Shown here: positions 16,275 through 24,255 of the stretch, in pieces
How positions within the stretch are numbered: position 1 is the stretch's first letter
Layout: each line of letters starts with the position of its first letter
NCBI GenBank assembly: GCA_918234285.1
Contig: CAKJXZ020000071.1
Location: 1 to 24,255 of the forward strand
Origin: Pseudomonadota bacterium
GTDB taxonomy: Bacteria; Pseudomonadota; Alphaproteobacteria; RF32; CAG-239
Length of the DNA: 24,255 nucleotides
Reading direction: 5' to 3'
Made by a program: the position numbers and the translations under genes
Notes under the pieces: generated by a model
What the model saw: the letters and a program-made list of their open reading frames with translations, nothing else
The model's database searches: none
Told to the model about the DNA's origin: nothing

Positions 16275-16297
16275 GAACCATTTTATAAGGAAAGATT

Positions 16298-17953
16298 GTG
16301 ATGTCTGAATATAAATTAAATCCGAATTCAAAGTTCATTTTCATAACCGGAGGTGTGGTATCATCACTGGGCAAGGGCTTAGCTTCGGCCTCTTTGGCAG
16401 CCATTTTGCAAGCCCGAGGTTATAAAGTGCGTCTGCGTAAACTTGATCCGTATTTGAATGTTGATCCGGGAACCATGAACCCTTGCCAACACGGCGAAGT
16501 TTTCGTAACCGACGACGGCACCGAGGCGGATTTGGATTTAGGACATTACGAGCGTTTTTCCGGCGTGCCGGCCAAACGCACCGACAGCATCACCACCGGC
16601 AAAATTTATCAACGCGTTATCGAAAAAGAGCGTCGCGGTTTTTACCTCGGTTCCACCATTCAGGTAATCCCGCACGTCACTAACGAAATTAAGGACTTTA
16701 TTCTCTCAGACATTTCCGATGAAGATTTTGTTTTGTGCGAAATCGGCGGCACCGTCGGCGATATTGAAGGCCAACCGTATCTGGAAACCATCCGCCAAAT
16801 TGCCTACGAACTCGGACGCGAGCGCACCATGTTCATACATGTGACATTGTTGCCGTATATTCCGACTGCCGGCGAGCTCAAAACCAAACCGACCCAGCAC
16901 TCGGTTAAAAAATTGCAAGAGTACGGAATTCAGCCGGATATGATTCTCTGCCGCACGCAGATGGCCATTCCGGAAAACGAAAAGAAAAAACTGGCCCTGT
17001 TTTGTAATATTCGCGAAGAAAATGTGATTACGGCGATGGATGCCGCCAGCATTTACCAGGTTCCGCTTGCCTATTCTGCCGAAGGTATGGATCGCCAGGT
17101 ATGTAAACACTTTAATCTCGATTATACCAAGCCTACCGACTTGAGTAAATGGCAAAATATTATTGATATTTTACGTGCACCGGAAGGCGAAGTCAGAATT
17201 GCCGTCGTCGGCAAATATATGATGTTGCTGGAAGCATACAAATCCTTAAACGAAGCGCTGATTCACGGTGGTATTGCCAACAAATACAAGGTACGTATTA
17301 AATGGATAGATTCGGAGGCTCTCGAAACCAAAGACCCGGCCGAAATGCTCAACGATGTCAGCGCCATTCTGGTTCCGGGCGGATTCGGTTTACGCGGTAC
17401 TCAGGGTATGATTAATGCCATTCAATATGCCCGTGAAAATAAAGTACCGTTTTTGGGAATTTGTTTCGGTATGCAAATGGCGGTTATCGAAACCATGCGC
17501 AATTTGTGCGGTATTAAAAATGCCAACACTACCGAACTTGACGAGAATTGCGAGCCGGTTATCGGCCTGATGACCGAATGGGATAAAGACGGTGCCAAAC
17601 AAATCCGCCATAAAGACGGCGACTTGGGCGGTACTATGCGTCTGGGAGCCTATGACTGCGTTTTGAAACCAAACTCGAAAGTTGCGCAAATTTACGGCAC
17701 CGACAAGATTTCCGAACGCCATCGTCACCGCTACGAAGTGAACATTAAATATAAAGATATGTTGCAAAAAGCCGGTATGGCCATTGTCGGTACTTCGCCG
17801 GACGGAGCATTGCCGGAAATTGTCGAACACCCTGATCACCCGTGGTTTATCGGCGTCCAATTCCATCCGGAACTGAAATCGCGCCCGTTTGCCCCGCACC
17901 CGTTGTTTGTGGCTTTCATTAGAGCGGCAATCGATAATTCCCGTCTGGTGTGA
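16298..17953 (+). CDS. pyrG: CTP synthase
   Basis: [42 protein letters not shown]; the start may be ATG 16301. Confidence 0.98.
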   Translation: MMSEYKLNPNSKFIFITGGVVSSLGKGLASASLAAILQARGYKVRLRKLDPYLNVDPGTMNPCQHGEVFVTDDGTEADLDLGHYERFSGVPAKRTDSITTGKIYQRVIEKERRGFYLGSTIQVIPHVTNEIKDFILSDISDEDFVLCEIGGTVGDIEGQPYLETIRQIAYELGRERTMFIHVTLLPYIPTAGELKTKPTQHSVKKLQEYGIQPDMILCRTQMAIPENEKKKLALFCNIREENVITAMDAASIYQVPLAYSAEGMDRQVCKHFNLDYTKPTDLSKWQNIIDILRAPEGEVRIAVVGKYMMLLEAYKSLNEALIHGGIANKYKVRIKWIDSEALETKDPAEMLNDVSAILVPGGFGLRGTQGMINAIQYARENKVPFLGICFGMQMAVIETMRNLCGIKNANTTELDENCEPVIGLMTEWDKDGAKQIRHKDGDLGGTMRLGAYDCVLKPNSKVAQIYGTDKISERHRHRYEVNIKYKDMLQKAGMAIVGTSPDGALPEIVEHPDHPWFIGVQFHPELKSRPFAPHPLFVAFIRAAIDNSRLV

Positions 17954-17966
17954 TAAAAATGCAGAT

Positions 17967-18000
17967 AAAAAAAGCGCAACCCTGTCGTTGCGCTTTTTTT
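17967..18000. terminator. Bidirectional intrinsic terminator
   Basis: A7-GCGCAAC-CCTGTC-GTTGCGC-T7 between convergent genes. Confidence 0.9.
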
Positions 18001-18010
18001 CTTCAATTGA

Positions 18011-18823
18011 TTATTTTATGTACTCGTGATTTTTCATATAATCCCGCACAAAGTCGACATACTTCTGCTTGAATTCCGGATTGCCGCAATATTTTTCAAA
18101 TGTCTGAAAAATCCATTCCGTAGCCCCCAATTTATCGCAATAATCCAATGCCGCCCGATAGTTGATATCAACAAACCACGACAACAACGAAGCCGCCCGG
18201 TCACCTAAAGTATAAAACGGCTTCGGCACTGTATTCCCCTTAAAAGCACTTTGTAAAATATGCTCTGAAATCTGCAAGTCTGCGTCCGTAATTTCATGGT
18301 CTATATCCATAAACAGCGGCAGAAAATACGGCTCATGCGTCAGCATATTGAAATTAGCGATTTTATCGGCATCGCGTACCACAAAACATATCTGTTCTGC
18401 TTCGGCCTTAATTTCGTCCGGCAAATTTTGATATTCGGTATCGCCATAAAAATCCTCAATCAGATGACCATGATGCTTTATCGGCAGACGAATGCGAATA
18501 TCATTAAACAACGGAGTATATTGTAAAAACTCATAAGCAGCAATCCCATGATCATATTGCTTAATTCCGCGATAAAGCGCGGCAATTTCGGAAAAACGGC
18601 AAACATCATGCAATAAAATTGCCGTACGTACCATTTCCAGATATTCCTCTGATTTATCTTTAAACCATTCAATGTGGCGTAACAAATAATTACCGGCCCC
18701 GGCCACCTGTAACGAATGGCGGATTTTTTCCTCGGCATAATAGCTGTAAAAAGCGTCCCCCTCCACTATTTCCATACATTGGTTATACTGCAAATACAAC
18801 AATTCCGTAGCCGATTTAAGCAT
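18011..18823 (-). CDS. HD-domain metal-dependent phosphohydrolase
   Basis: KIRHSLQV...LLHDVCRF...DHG...IKHH...VRDADKIAN; AAGGAG at 18836-18831 favours ATG 18823. Confidence 0.85.
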   Translation of the reverse strand: MLKSATELLYLQYNQCMEIVEGDAFYSYYAEEKIRHSLQVAGAGNYLLRHIEWFKDKSEEYLEMVRTAILLHDVCRFSEIAALYRGIKQYDHGIAAYEFLQYTPLFNDIRIRLPIKHHGHLIEDFYGDTEYQNLPDEIKAEAEQICFVVRDADKIANFNMLTHEPYFLPLFMDIDHEITDADLQISEHILQSAFKGNTVPKPFYTLGDRAASLLSWFVDINYRAALDYCDKLGATEWIFQTFEKYCGNPEFKQKYVDFVRDYMKNHEYIK

Positions 18824-18903
18824 ATTCATTCTCCTTATCTGCAAGTCATATTATCATTTTGTTATGAACGCAAGCATATTTTAATTTTCTCATATAAAAA
18901 TAT

Positions 18904-18933
18904 TTGACAAATAACCCAAAAAAATGTTATAAC
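18904..18933 (+). promoter_or_regulatory. Putative sigma70 promoter
   Basis: TTGACA, 18 nt ending TGT, TATAAC. Confidence 0.55.
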
Positions 18934-18965
18934 TTAATAAAGTTATGATGAAAGGAATTTTTCAG

Positions 18966-19811
18966 ATGTATAAAGTTAGAGAACCACGCAAATTGACCAT
19001 AGAACCGGACACCTTGCTGCCGAAGGAGCAACCGTTGGAATCTGAGTTAAACAACAAGCCTAAAACATTTCCGTCCGCGCAAAATCCTCAATTGGAAAGG
19101 ATACAAAAGTTGCGCGACAAAAGAAAAGTGGCTACCAAAGAAAGTCCTAAATTCCGTTGGATAAAAATCGGATATGCCGTAGAACATAATCCGCATAACC
19201 GTGAGCAAACTCCGGAAAGAGAAGCCATGCTTTATATGTGCTATCCGGTAGCTGATGAGAAAAATTCTTATTCGGCGCCTGATTGGGATAAAGTTTCGTT
19301 CCGACTTGAAATTTATGACTATCGCCCGAACTCGATTGCGGCTCATAAACTGAGAAAGAAGATTCAAGACAAACCGCTGCAGGAAATTCTGGCAAATCGT
19401 GTTGAAGCTCTGGCCACAGCTTATGAATTTGATGCTAATGGCCAGCATTCCAAAGGCTATGGTGCGATAGACCTTATCGGTATGGCGGCCCCGGTATCTC
19501 CGGAGAAACATGCCAAACTGGATGAAAATTCCGAGATTATGGATGCCATCCGTCGCGATTTCAAATTCTCGCTGACTTGCGCAAAATATACCGACAACGC
19601 GGATATCCATGCCGAGCACTCGAGTACCAAGCCGGTGTTTGCGCTCAGTTTGCGCGGACCTATGGGAAAAATCAGCAAAGATTATGCCGTACCGCACAGC
19701 AACAAGCTCTGCCACGCCGACACAAGAACAAAAAGCTTTTTCCCCCCGTCGGAACCGCTGGATTTCCTGTCGATAGTACAGTCCTATAAAGATGACATCA
19801 ATAAAAAATAA
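18966..19811 (+). CDS. Hypothetical protein, no family recognised
   Basis: Long ORF filling the gap between the HD gene and trpS. AAGGA at 18952-18956 favours ATG 18966 (the ORF track starts at 18945). Confidence 0.7.
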   Translation: MYKVREPRKLTIEPDTLLPKEQPLESELNNKPKTFPSAQNPQLERIQKLRDKRKVATKESPKFRWIKIGYAVEHNPHNREQTPEREAMLYMCYPVADEKNSYSAPDWDKVSFRLEIYDYRPNSIAAHKLRKKIQDKPLQEILANRVEALATAYEFDANGQHSKGYGAIDLIGMAAPVSPEKHAKLDENSEIMDAIRRDFKFSLTCAKYTDNADIHAEHSSTKPVFALSLRGPMGKISKDYAVPHSNKLCHADTRTKSFFPPSEPLDFLSIVQSYKDDINKK

Positions 19812-19817
19812 GCGGAT

Positions 19818-20864
19818 TTATTTATAATAGTTAATCCCCATGGCGGTTTTGACTTCATCTGTAGTCTGAGCCGCCTTTTTTCGTGCATGCTCGCTTCCTT
19901 TTCTGAGCATATCGAAAATATACCCCATATCTTTGGCCAATTCTTCGCGACGTTCCCGAATCGGACGAATTTCTTCTTGAATAATCTCATTGAGGAACTT
20001 TTTGACTTTACTGTCACCCAAACCGCCGCGGCGATAATGCGCCTTCAATTCTTCCAGATTCTGATATTCCGGCCACAAAGCGGCAAAATGTTCATCGCGG
20101 CAAAACGCATCTAAATAAATAAATACCGGATTGTTCTCGGTGTGCCCCGGATCTTCCACTCGCAAATGCGTCGGATCGGTAAACATACTCTTGATTTTAT
20201 GCTGAATTTCATCGGCGGAATCCGCCAAATAAATGCAGTTACCGAGCGATTTACTCATTTTATTGGCACCGTCTAATCCCGGCAAACGCAAACAAGTTTC
20301 ATTTTCCGGTAAAACCGCTTTCGGTTCAACCAATACCTCTTTATACAATGTGTTAAACGAACGCACGATTTCTCTTGTTTGTTCAATCATCGGCAACTGA
20401 TCTTCACCCACCGGCACAATATTGGCCTTAAAGGCCGTAATATCCGCCGCTTGGCTGATCGGATACGTGAAGAACCCCACCGGAATACTCTGCTTAAATC
20501 CGCGCAACTGAATTTCACTCTTCACCGTCGGATTGCGTTGCAATCGCGATACCGTAACCAGATTCATATAGTAAAACGACAGTTCGCACAATTCCGAGAT
20601 TTGCGATTGAATAAAAATAGTCGTTTTGGCCGGATCAAGCCCGCATGCCAAATAATCAAGCGCCACTTCGGATATATTACTGCGTACTTTTTCCACGTTG
20701 TCGAAATTATCCGAAAGCGCCTGTGCATCGGCAATCATCACATACATTTCTTTCGGCTGATTATTATTTTGCAATTCAACCCGACGTTTGAGCGAGCCGA
20801 CATAATGCCCCAAATGCAAACGCCCCGTAGGTCTGTCTCCGGTTAATACTATATCCATTTTCAT
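19818..20864 (-). CDS. trpS: Tryptophan--tRNA ligase
   Basis: [18 protein letters not shown] (HIGH-like), [21 protein letters not shown]. Confidence 0.97.
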   Translation of the reverse strand: MKMDIVLTGDRPTGRLHLGHYVGSLKRRVELQNNNQPKEMYVMIADAQALSDNFDNVEKVRSNISEVALDYLACGLDPAKTTIFIQSQISELCELSFYYMNLVTVSRLQRNPTVKSEIQLRGFKQSIPVGFFTYPISQAADITAFKANIVPVGEDQLPMIEQTREIVRSFNTLYKEVLVEPKAVLPENETCLRLPGLDGANKMSKSLGNCIYLADSADEIQHKIKSMFTDPTHLRVEDPGHTENNPVFIYLDAFCRDEHFAALWPEYQNLEELKAHYRRGGLGDSKVKKFLNEIIQEEIRPIRERREELAKDMGYIFDMLRKGSEHARKKAAQTTDEVKTAMGINYYK

Positions 20865-20881
20865 ATCCTTTCTTTGGCGCT

Positions 20882-20910
20882 AACATAGGTTATTATTTCG
20901 GGCTTGTCAA
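20882..20910 (-). promoter_or_regulatory. Putative sigma70 promoter of trpS
   Basis: TTGACA (20910-20905), 17 nt, TATGTT. Confidence 0.6.
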
Positions 20911-20949
20911 GATACGTCCGTGCCCGAACCGCATATATGTTTACAACAT

Positions 20950-20987
20950 AAAATAAAAGAACCTCCGTCGGAATTACCCGAGGGAGG
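20950..20987 (-). terminator. Intrinsic terminator after the beta-barrel gene
   Basis: CCUCCCUCGG-GUAAUU-CCGACGGAGG (one mismatch) followed by UUCUUUUAUUUU. Confidence 0.7.
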
Positions 20988-20995
20988 CCTTAATT

Positions 20996-21550
20996 TCAGA
21001 AACTCCAGACAATCGTAGCGCGCACCTGTGAGGCAAAGCGCCATCCGTCGTAACTGTAGTAGGTATGCGTTGCGAAATCATAGTCATAATACCTGTGGTC
21101 GTAATCGCTGTGCTGATTGCGACAGTATCCGACAGCACCGATCAGACGCAAGCTCAGATTATCGGTCATGGCGACTTCAACACCCAGATTGACATGTGGC
21201 CAACCGATAAAGCCGCTGATTTTGTAGTCGCAATCATCAACGTTACACTTGGTCGTACGATAAATCGCACCATAACCGCAACCCAAAATGACATTGAATT
21301 CGTCAGTCATCCAAAAGTTGCTGTTAACGTCAACCGAGAGCATGATGTCGCCGTCGAAGGAACCCATCGCCCCGATACCGAAACTACCGCAATTGTATCC
21401 GATTTCCGCAGCCGGAGCAAACGAGTGATTGGTAGTACCGTCCAACAAAGGAACAAACTGATACGCCGCACCGCCACCGATATAAAAACCGTCACCGGCA
21501 GAAGCCGTTGTACACACAAGCGCCATAAGCGCAATAATGTATTTTTTCAT
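20996..21550 (-). CDS. Small outer-membrane beta-barrel protein
   Basis: The likely start MKKYIIALMALVCTTASA is a signal peptide; alternating strands (FYIGGG, EIGYN, NLGVEV); C-terminal IVWSF beta-signal. The ORF-track extension to 21778 runs through promoter DNA. Confidence 0.75.
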   Translation of the reverse strand: MKKYIIALMALVCTTASAGDGFYIGGGAAYQFVPLLDGTTNHSFAPAAEIGYNCGSFGIGAMGSFDGDIMLSVDVNSNFWMTDEFNVILGCGYGAIYRTTKCNVDDCDYKISGFIGWPHVNLGVEVAMTDNLSLRLIGAVGYCRNQHSDYDHRYYDYDFATHTYYSYDGWRFASQVRATIVWSF

Positions 21551-21703
21551 ACGCTTTTGTATTTGATAATAGTCATAATAGTGATTGATTGTTTTTAAAA
21601 TAGCATAATTTTGTCTAAAGTCAAGTATTTTTTCCACAACATTCCGAAACAAATTCATCTGTCGATTTTTTTTGTGAACAAGCGCAAATATCTGTTGCAA
21701 AAA

Positions 21704-21718
21704 GAACAAAATCAGAAC
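21704..21718. promoter_or_regulatory. Alphaproteobacterial LexA (SOS) box
   Basis: GAAC-AAAATCA-GAAC (GAAC-N7-GAAC) about 100 bp upstream of recA. Confidence 0.8.
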
Positions 21719-21816
21719 AATATACAATTTAGCGGATAAATGTATTCTTTGTTTGAGTTTTTGCAAAAAATACATCATAAATATTGTCAGAATAACTTAT
21801 TTATAAGGATAAAAAC

Positions 21817-22845
21817 ATGGAAAAAGATAAAGCGTTAGATGCCGCCCTGAGTCAAATCGAGCGTGCCTTCGGCAAAGGGTCGATTATGCGTTTGGGGCAA
21901 AACACCAACATTGATATTGAAGCAATTTCCACCGGCTCGCTGGGGATTGATATCGCCCTCGGTATCGGCGGTATGCCGAAAGGCCGTATCGTGGAAATTT
22001 ACGGTCCGGAAAGTTCGGGTAAAACCACTTTGGCTTTGAGCGTAATTGCGCAAGCCCAAAAGAACGGCGGCACTTGTGCTTTTATTGATGCCGAGCACGC
22101 CCTCGATCCGTCGTATGCCAAGAAAATCGGTGTAGATGTCGAAAACTTATTGGTTTCGCAACCGGATTCCGGCGAACAGGCACTTGAAATTGCCGATACT
22201 CTGGTGCGTTCCGGCGCTATTGATGTTATGGTGGTCGATTCGGTGGCCGCTTTGGTACCGAAGGCTGAACTTGAAGGCGAGATGGGCGATTCGCACATGG
22301 GCTTGCAAGCTCGTTTGATGAGTCAGGCCTTGCGCAAACTGACCGCCACTGTTGCCCGTTCCAACACTTTGATTATTTTCATCAACCAAATCCGTATGAA
22401 AATCGGGGTTATGTTCGGCAATCCGGAAACCACAACCGGCGGTAACGCGCTCAAATTCTACGCTTCGGTGCGTATCGATATTCGCCGTATCGGCGCCATC
22501 AAAGACAAAGATGACGTTATCGGCTCGCAAACCCGCGTCAAGATTGTTAAAAACAAGGTTGCGCCGCCGTTCAAAACCGTTGACTTCGACATTATGTACG
22601 GCGAAGGTATTTCCAAAACCGGCGAGCTTATCGACTTGGGCGTAAAGTCCGGCATAATCGAAAAATCCGGTGCCTGGTTCTCCTATAACGGCGAAAAAAT
22701 CGGTCAAGGCCGCGAAAATGCCAAGAATTTCTTAAAGCAGAATCCGCAAATTGCCGATGAAATCGAAAAGAAAATCCGCGCCGATGCCGGCCACTTAACC
22801 ACCGAGATGATTGGTGACGATGAACCTATGGGTGACGAAGACTAG
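21817..22845 (+). CDS. recA: Recombinase A
   Basis: [42 protein letters not shown]. Confidence 0.99.
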   Translation: MEKDKALDAALSQIERAFGKGSIMRLGQNTNIDIEAISTGSLGIDIALGIGGMPKGRIVEIYGPESSGKTTLALSVIAQAQKNGGTCAFIDAEHALDPSYAKKIGVDVENLLVSQPDSGEQALEIADTLVRSGAIDVMVVDSVAALVPKAELEGEMGDSHMGLQARLMSQALRKLTATVARSNTLIIFINQIRMKIGVMFGNPETTTGGNALKFYASVRIDIRRIGAIKDKDDVIGSQTRVKIVKNKVAPPFKTVDFDIMYGEGISKTGELIDLGVKSGIIEKSGAWFSYNGEKIGQGRENAKNFLKQNPQIADEIEKKIRADAGHLTTEMIGDDEPMGDED

Positions 22846-22876
22846 TTCTTCGCCCCCTCTTTATGAGGAACAGAAA

Positions 22877-23464
22877 ATGAAAAAGACTTATGCTATTGCC
22901 GCGGCTTTGGCCTTATTGGCTTCTTGCCGCTCGGTTACTTATGAAGATGTCAACCCGACAATTCAGCCGAACCAGAATCTGTTGCCGGTGTTGGAGGTTA
23001 AGCCGGACCAATCCAGTATAAGAGCCGTATATAATAAAAAGAAAGATGACCGAATTGCCGACGCTTTAAGCATTTTCAACAAAGAAGTACGCGAAAACAT
23101 TATGGAACAAACCGGCGATAAAAAGGGCATTATAACAATGCGCATCAATTACGGTGAAACAAATCATAATATATTTTATCAATGTACACCAGGGTTAATC
23201 TATATTCCGACAATACTCGGTGTTCCGTTTGACAGTGCGGAACAGACGCTCGATATTGAAGTGTTAGTCCAAAACACACATAAGGATGTTATCAAACGCT
23301 ACACCGCCAACTCATCCGACACCGTATATGCGGCCCTCTATTGGGGATATGATAATAAAGATATAGATCGTGTAGTTGCGGCAGAAAATCTGAAAAAAGC
23401 TTTGGAAAATATCCGCCATCAAATCAACAACGATGCGCCGGAAATCCGCTCCAAGCTAAAATAG
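22877..23464 (+). CDS. Hypothetical lipoprotein
   Basis: GAGG RBS; MKKTYAIAAALALLAS-C lipobox. Confidence 0.8.
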   Translation: MKKTYAIAAALALLASCRSVTYEDVNPTIQPNQNLLPVLEVKPDQSSIRAVYNKKKDDRIADALSIFNKEVRENIMEQTGDKKGIITMRINYGETNHNIFYQCTPGLIYIPTILGVPFDSAEQTLDIEVLVQNTHKDVIKRYTANSSDTVYAALYWGYDNKDIDRVVAAENLKKALENIRHQINNDAPEIRSKLK

Positions 23465-23477
23465 TTGTTTTTACTCA

Positions 23478-23527
23478 ACAAAAAGCAAAAACAGCGTGCG
23501 TTTCAATAAAGATTAACGCACGCTGTT
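23478..23527 (-). terminator. Terminator hairpin between convergent genes
   Basis: AACAGCGTGCGTT (23490-23502) pairs with AACGCACGCTGTT (23515-23527); U-rich tail on the minus strand. Confidence 0.75.
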
Positions 23528-23545
23528 CTTGACTATACGGAATAT

Positions 23546-24255
23546 TTATTTTTCAATGCTTTTGCCGATACCGTCAAGTATTTGCTTAATAGCATTCTTC
23601 TCGCCAGCTGTATGCTTTGGCTTGACCACGCCTTTTTCCGGAGAAACATTTTCCGCAGCAATGGTGCGCATGATTTTACGGCGCAATTCTTTTGACTTTT
23701 CACTGATAAAAATTTCTTCCTGATAAAGCGGTGATTTTTCCAAGTCATCAAGCTTGATTTTGCCGTCATTAAAACCATATTGAGCTGAAATATTTATATC
23801 AACCTTAATCTTACCGCCGATTTCTTTAGAAATTCCTTGCAGAGATGTCAATTGATTATTTTCGCACCAAAAATCTCCGCCGACTTCTTGCGGTGCCCCT
23901 TCAAGCGAAGTCAGTTGATTATTGTGGCAGTCAAAACCTGTGCCGACTTCTTGCGGTGCCCATTCAAGCGAAGTCAGTTGATTATTGTGGCACGAAAAAT
24001 ATCTGCCGACTTTTTGCGGTGCCCCTTGCAAAGATGTCAATTGATTAATTTCGCACCGAAAACCTCCGTCGACTTCTTGCGGTGCCCATTGTAAAGATGT
24101 CAGTTGATTATTTTGGCACCAAAAATCTCCGCCGACTTCTTGCGGTGCCCCTTGCAAAGATGTCAATTGATTATTTTCGCACCGAAAACCTCTGCCGACT
24201 TCTTGCGGTGCCCCTTGCAAAGATGTCAGTTGATTATAAGAGCACCGAAAACCTC
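23546..24255 (-). CDS. Leucine-rich-repeat-like protein with 21-aa repeats; 5' end outside the window
   Basis: The frame stays open to the window edge (GFRCSYNQLTSL precedes the ORF-track start); repeat consensus xFxCxxNQLTSLxGAPQEVGx. Confidence 0.85.
   Translation of the reverse strand, partial: GFRCSYNQLTSLQGAPQEVGRGFRCENNQLTSLQGAPQEVGGDFWCQNNQLTSLQWAPQEVDGGFRCEINQLTSLQGAPQKVGRYFSCHNNQLTSLEWAPQEVGTGFDCHNNQLTSLEGAPQEVGGDFWCENNQLTSLQGISKEIGGKIKVDINISAQYGFNDGKIKLDDLEKSPLYQEEIFISEKSKELRRKIMRTIAAENVSPEKGVVKPKHTAGEKNAIKQILDGIGKSIEK
23813..24253 (-). repeat. Coding tandem repeat, 7 x 63 bp visible
   Basis: The GACTT(C/T)TTGCGGTGCCC core recurs at 23882, 23945, 24008, 24071, 24134 and 24197. Confidence 0.95.

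Noticed and set aside
19047-19715. 222-aa minus-strand ORF
   Set aside because: Antisense to the longer plus ORF, which has the promoter and RBS
21551-21778. N-terminal extension of the 260-aa ORF
   Set aside because: It crosses the recA promoter/SOS box, and the signal peptide starts at 21550
23813-24253. 63-bp repeats as a CRISPR array or DGR template/variable repeats
   Set aside because: No unique spacers, the period is an in-frame multiple of 3, differences are not adenine-specific, and there is no cas or reverse transcriptase gene in the window
1-24255. tRNA, rRNA, IS or integrase genes
   Set aside because: None recognised; intergenic gaps are short and accounted for by promoters and terminators

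Overview
Mostly core chromosome of an alphaproteobacterium. This is supported by the ppiD<-/->tpiA-secG-pyrG synteny and a GAAC-N7-GAAC SOS box before recA; a host-associated RF32/Rhodospirillales-like lineage is only my guess. Core genes are priA, a MazG-like gene, mutS, a PhoR-like kinase, cca, fmt, ppiD, tpiA, secG, pyrG, trpS and recA, interleaved with single accessory genes. The window ends inside a 63-bp tandem-repeat LRR-like gene. The standout is 1-3255, a compact phage-derived module abutting priA. It has an HTH repressor without a peptidase domain, divergent from a stand-alone GafA-C-terminus/GafZ-like (DUF6456) protein. That gene is followed directly by a sigma70-like promoter, a short leader with an intrinsic terminator, a GroES-like gene and a >=518-codon P22/podovirus-type portal gene that is missing from the supplied ORF track. 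A shared ATAA-GAAAA-TTAT operator-like palindrome sits at both promoters. No integrase, replication, lysis or terminase gene lies between the regulators and the portal. This fits an antitermination-controlled, domesticated, gene-transfer-agent-like system built on a non-RcGTA head, although a cryptic prophage remnant cannot be excluded from this window. All family assignments come from motif recognition by eye; no searches were run.
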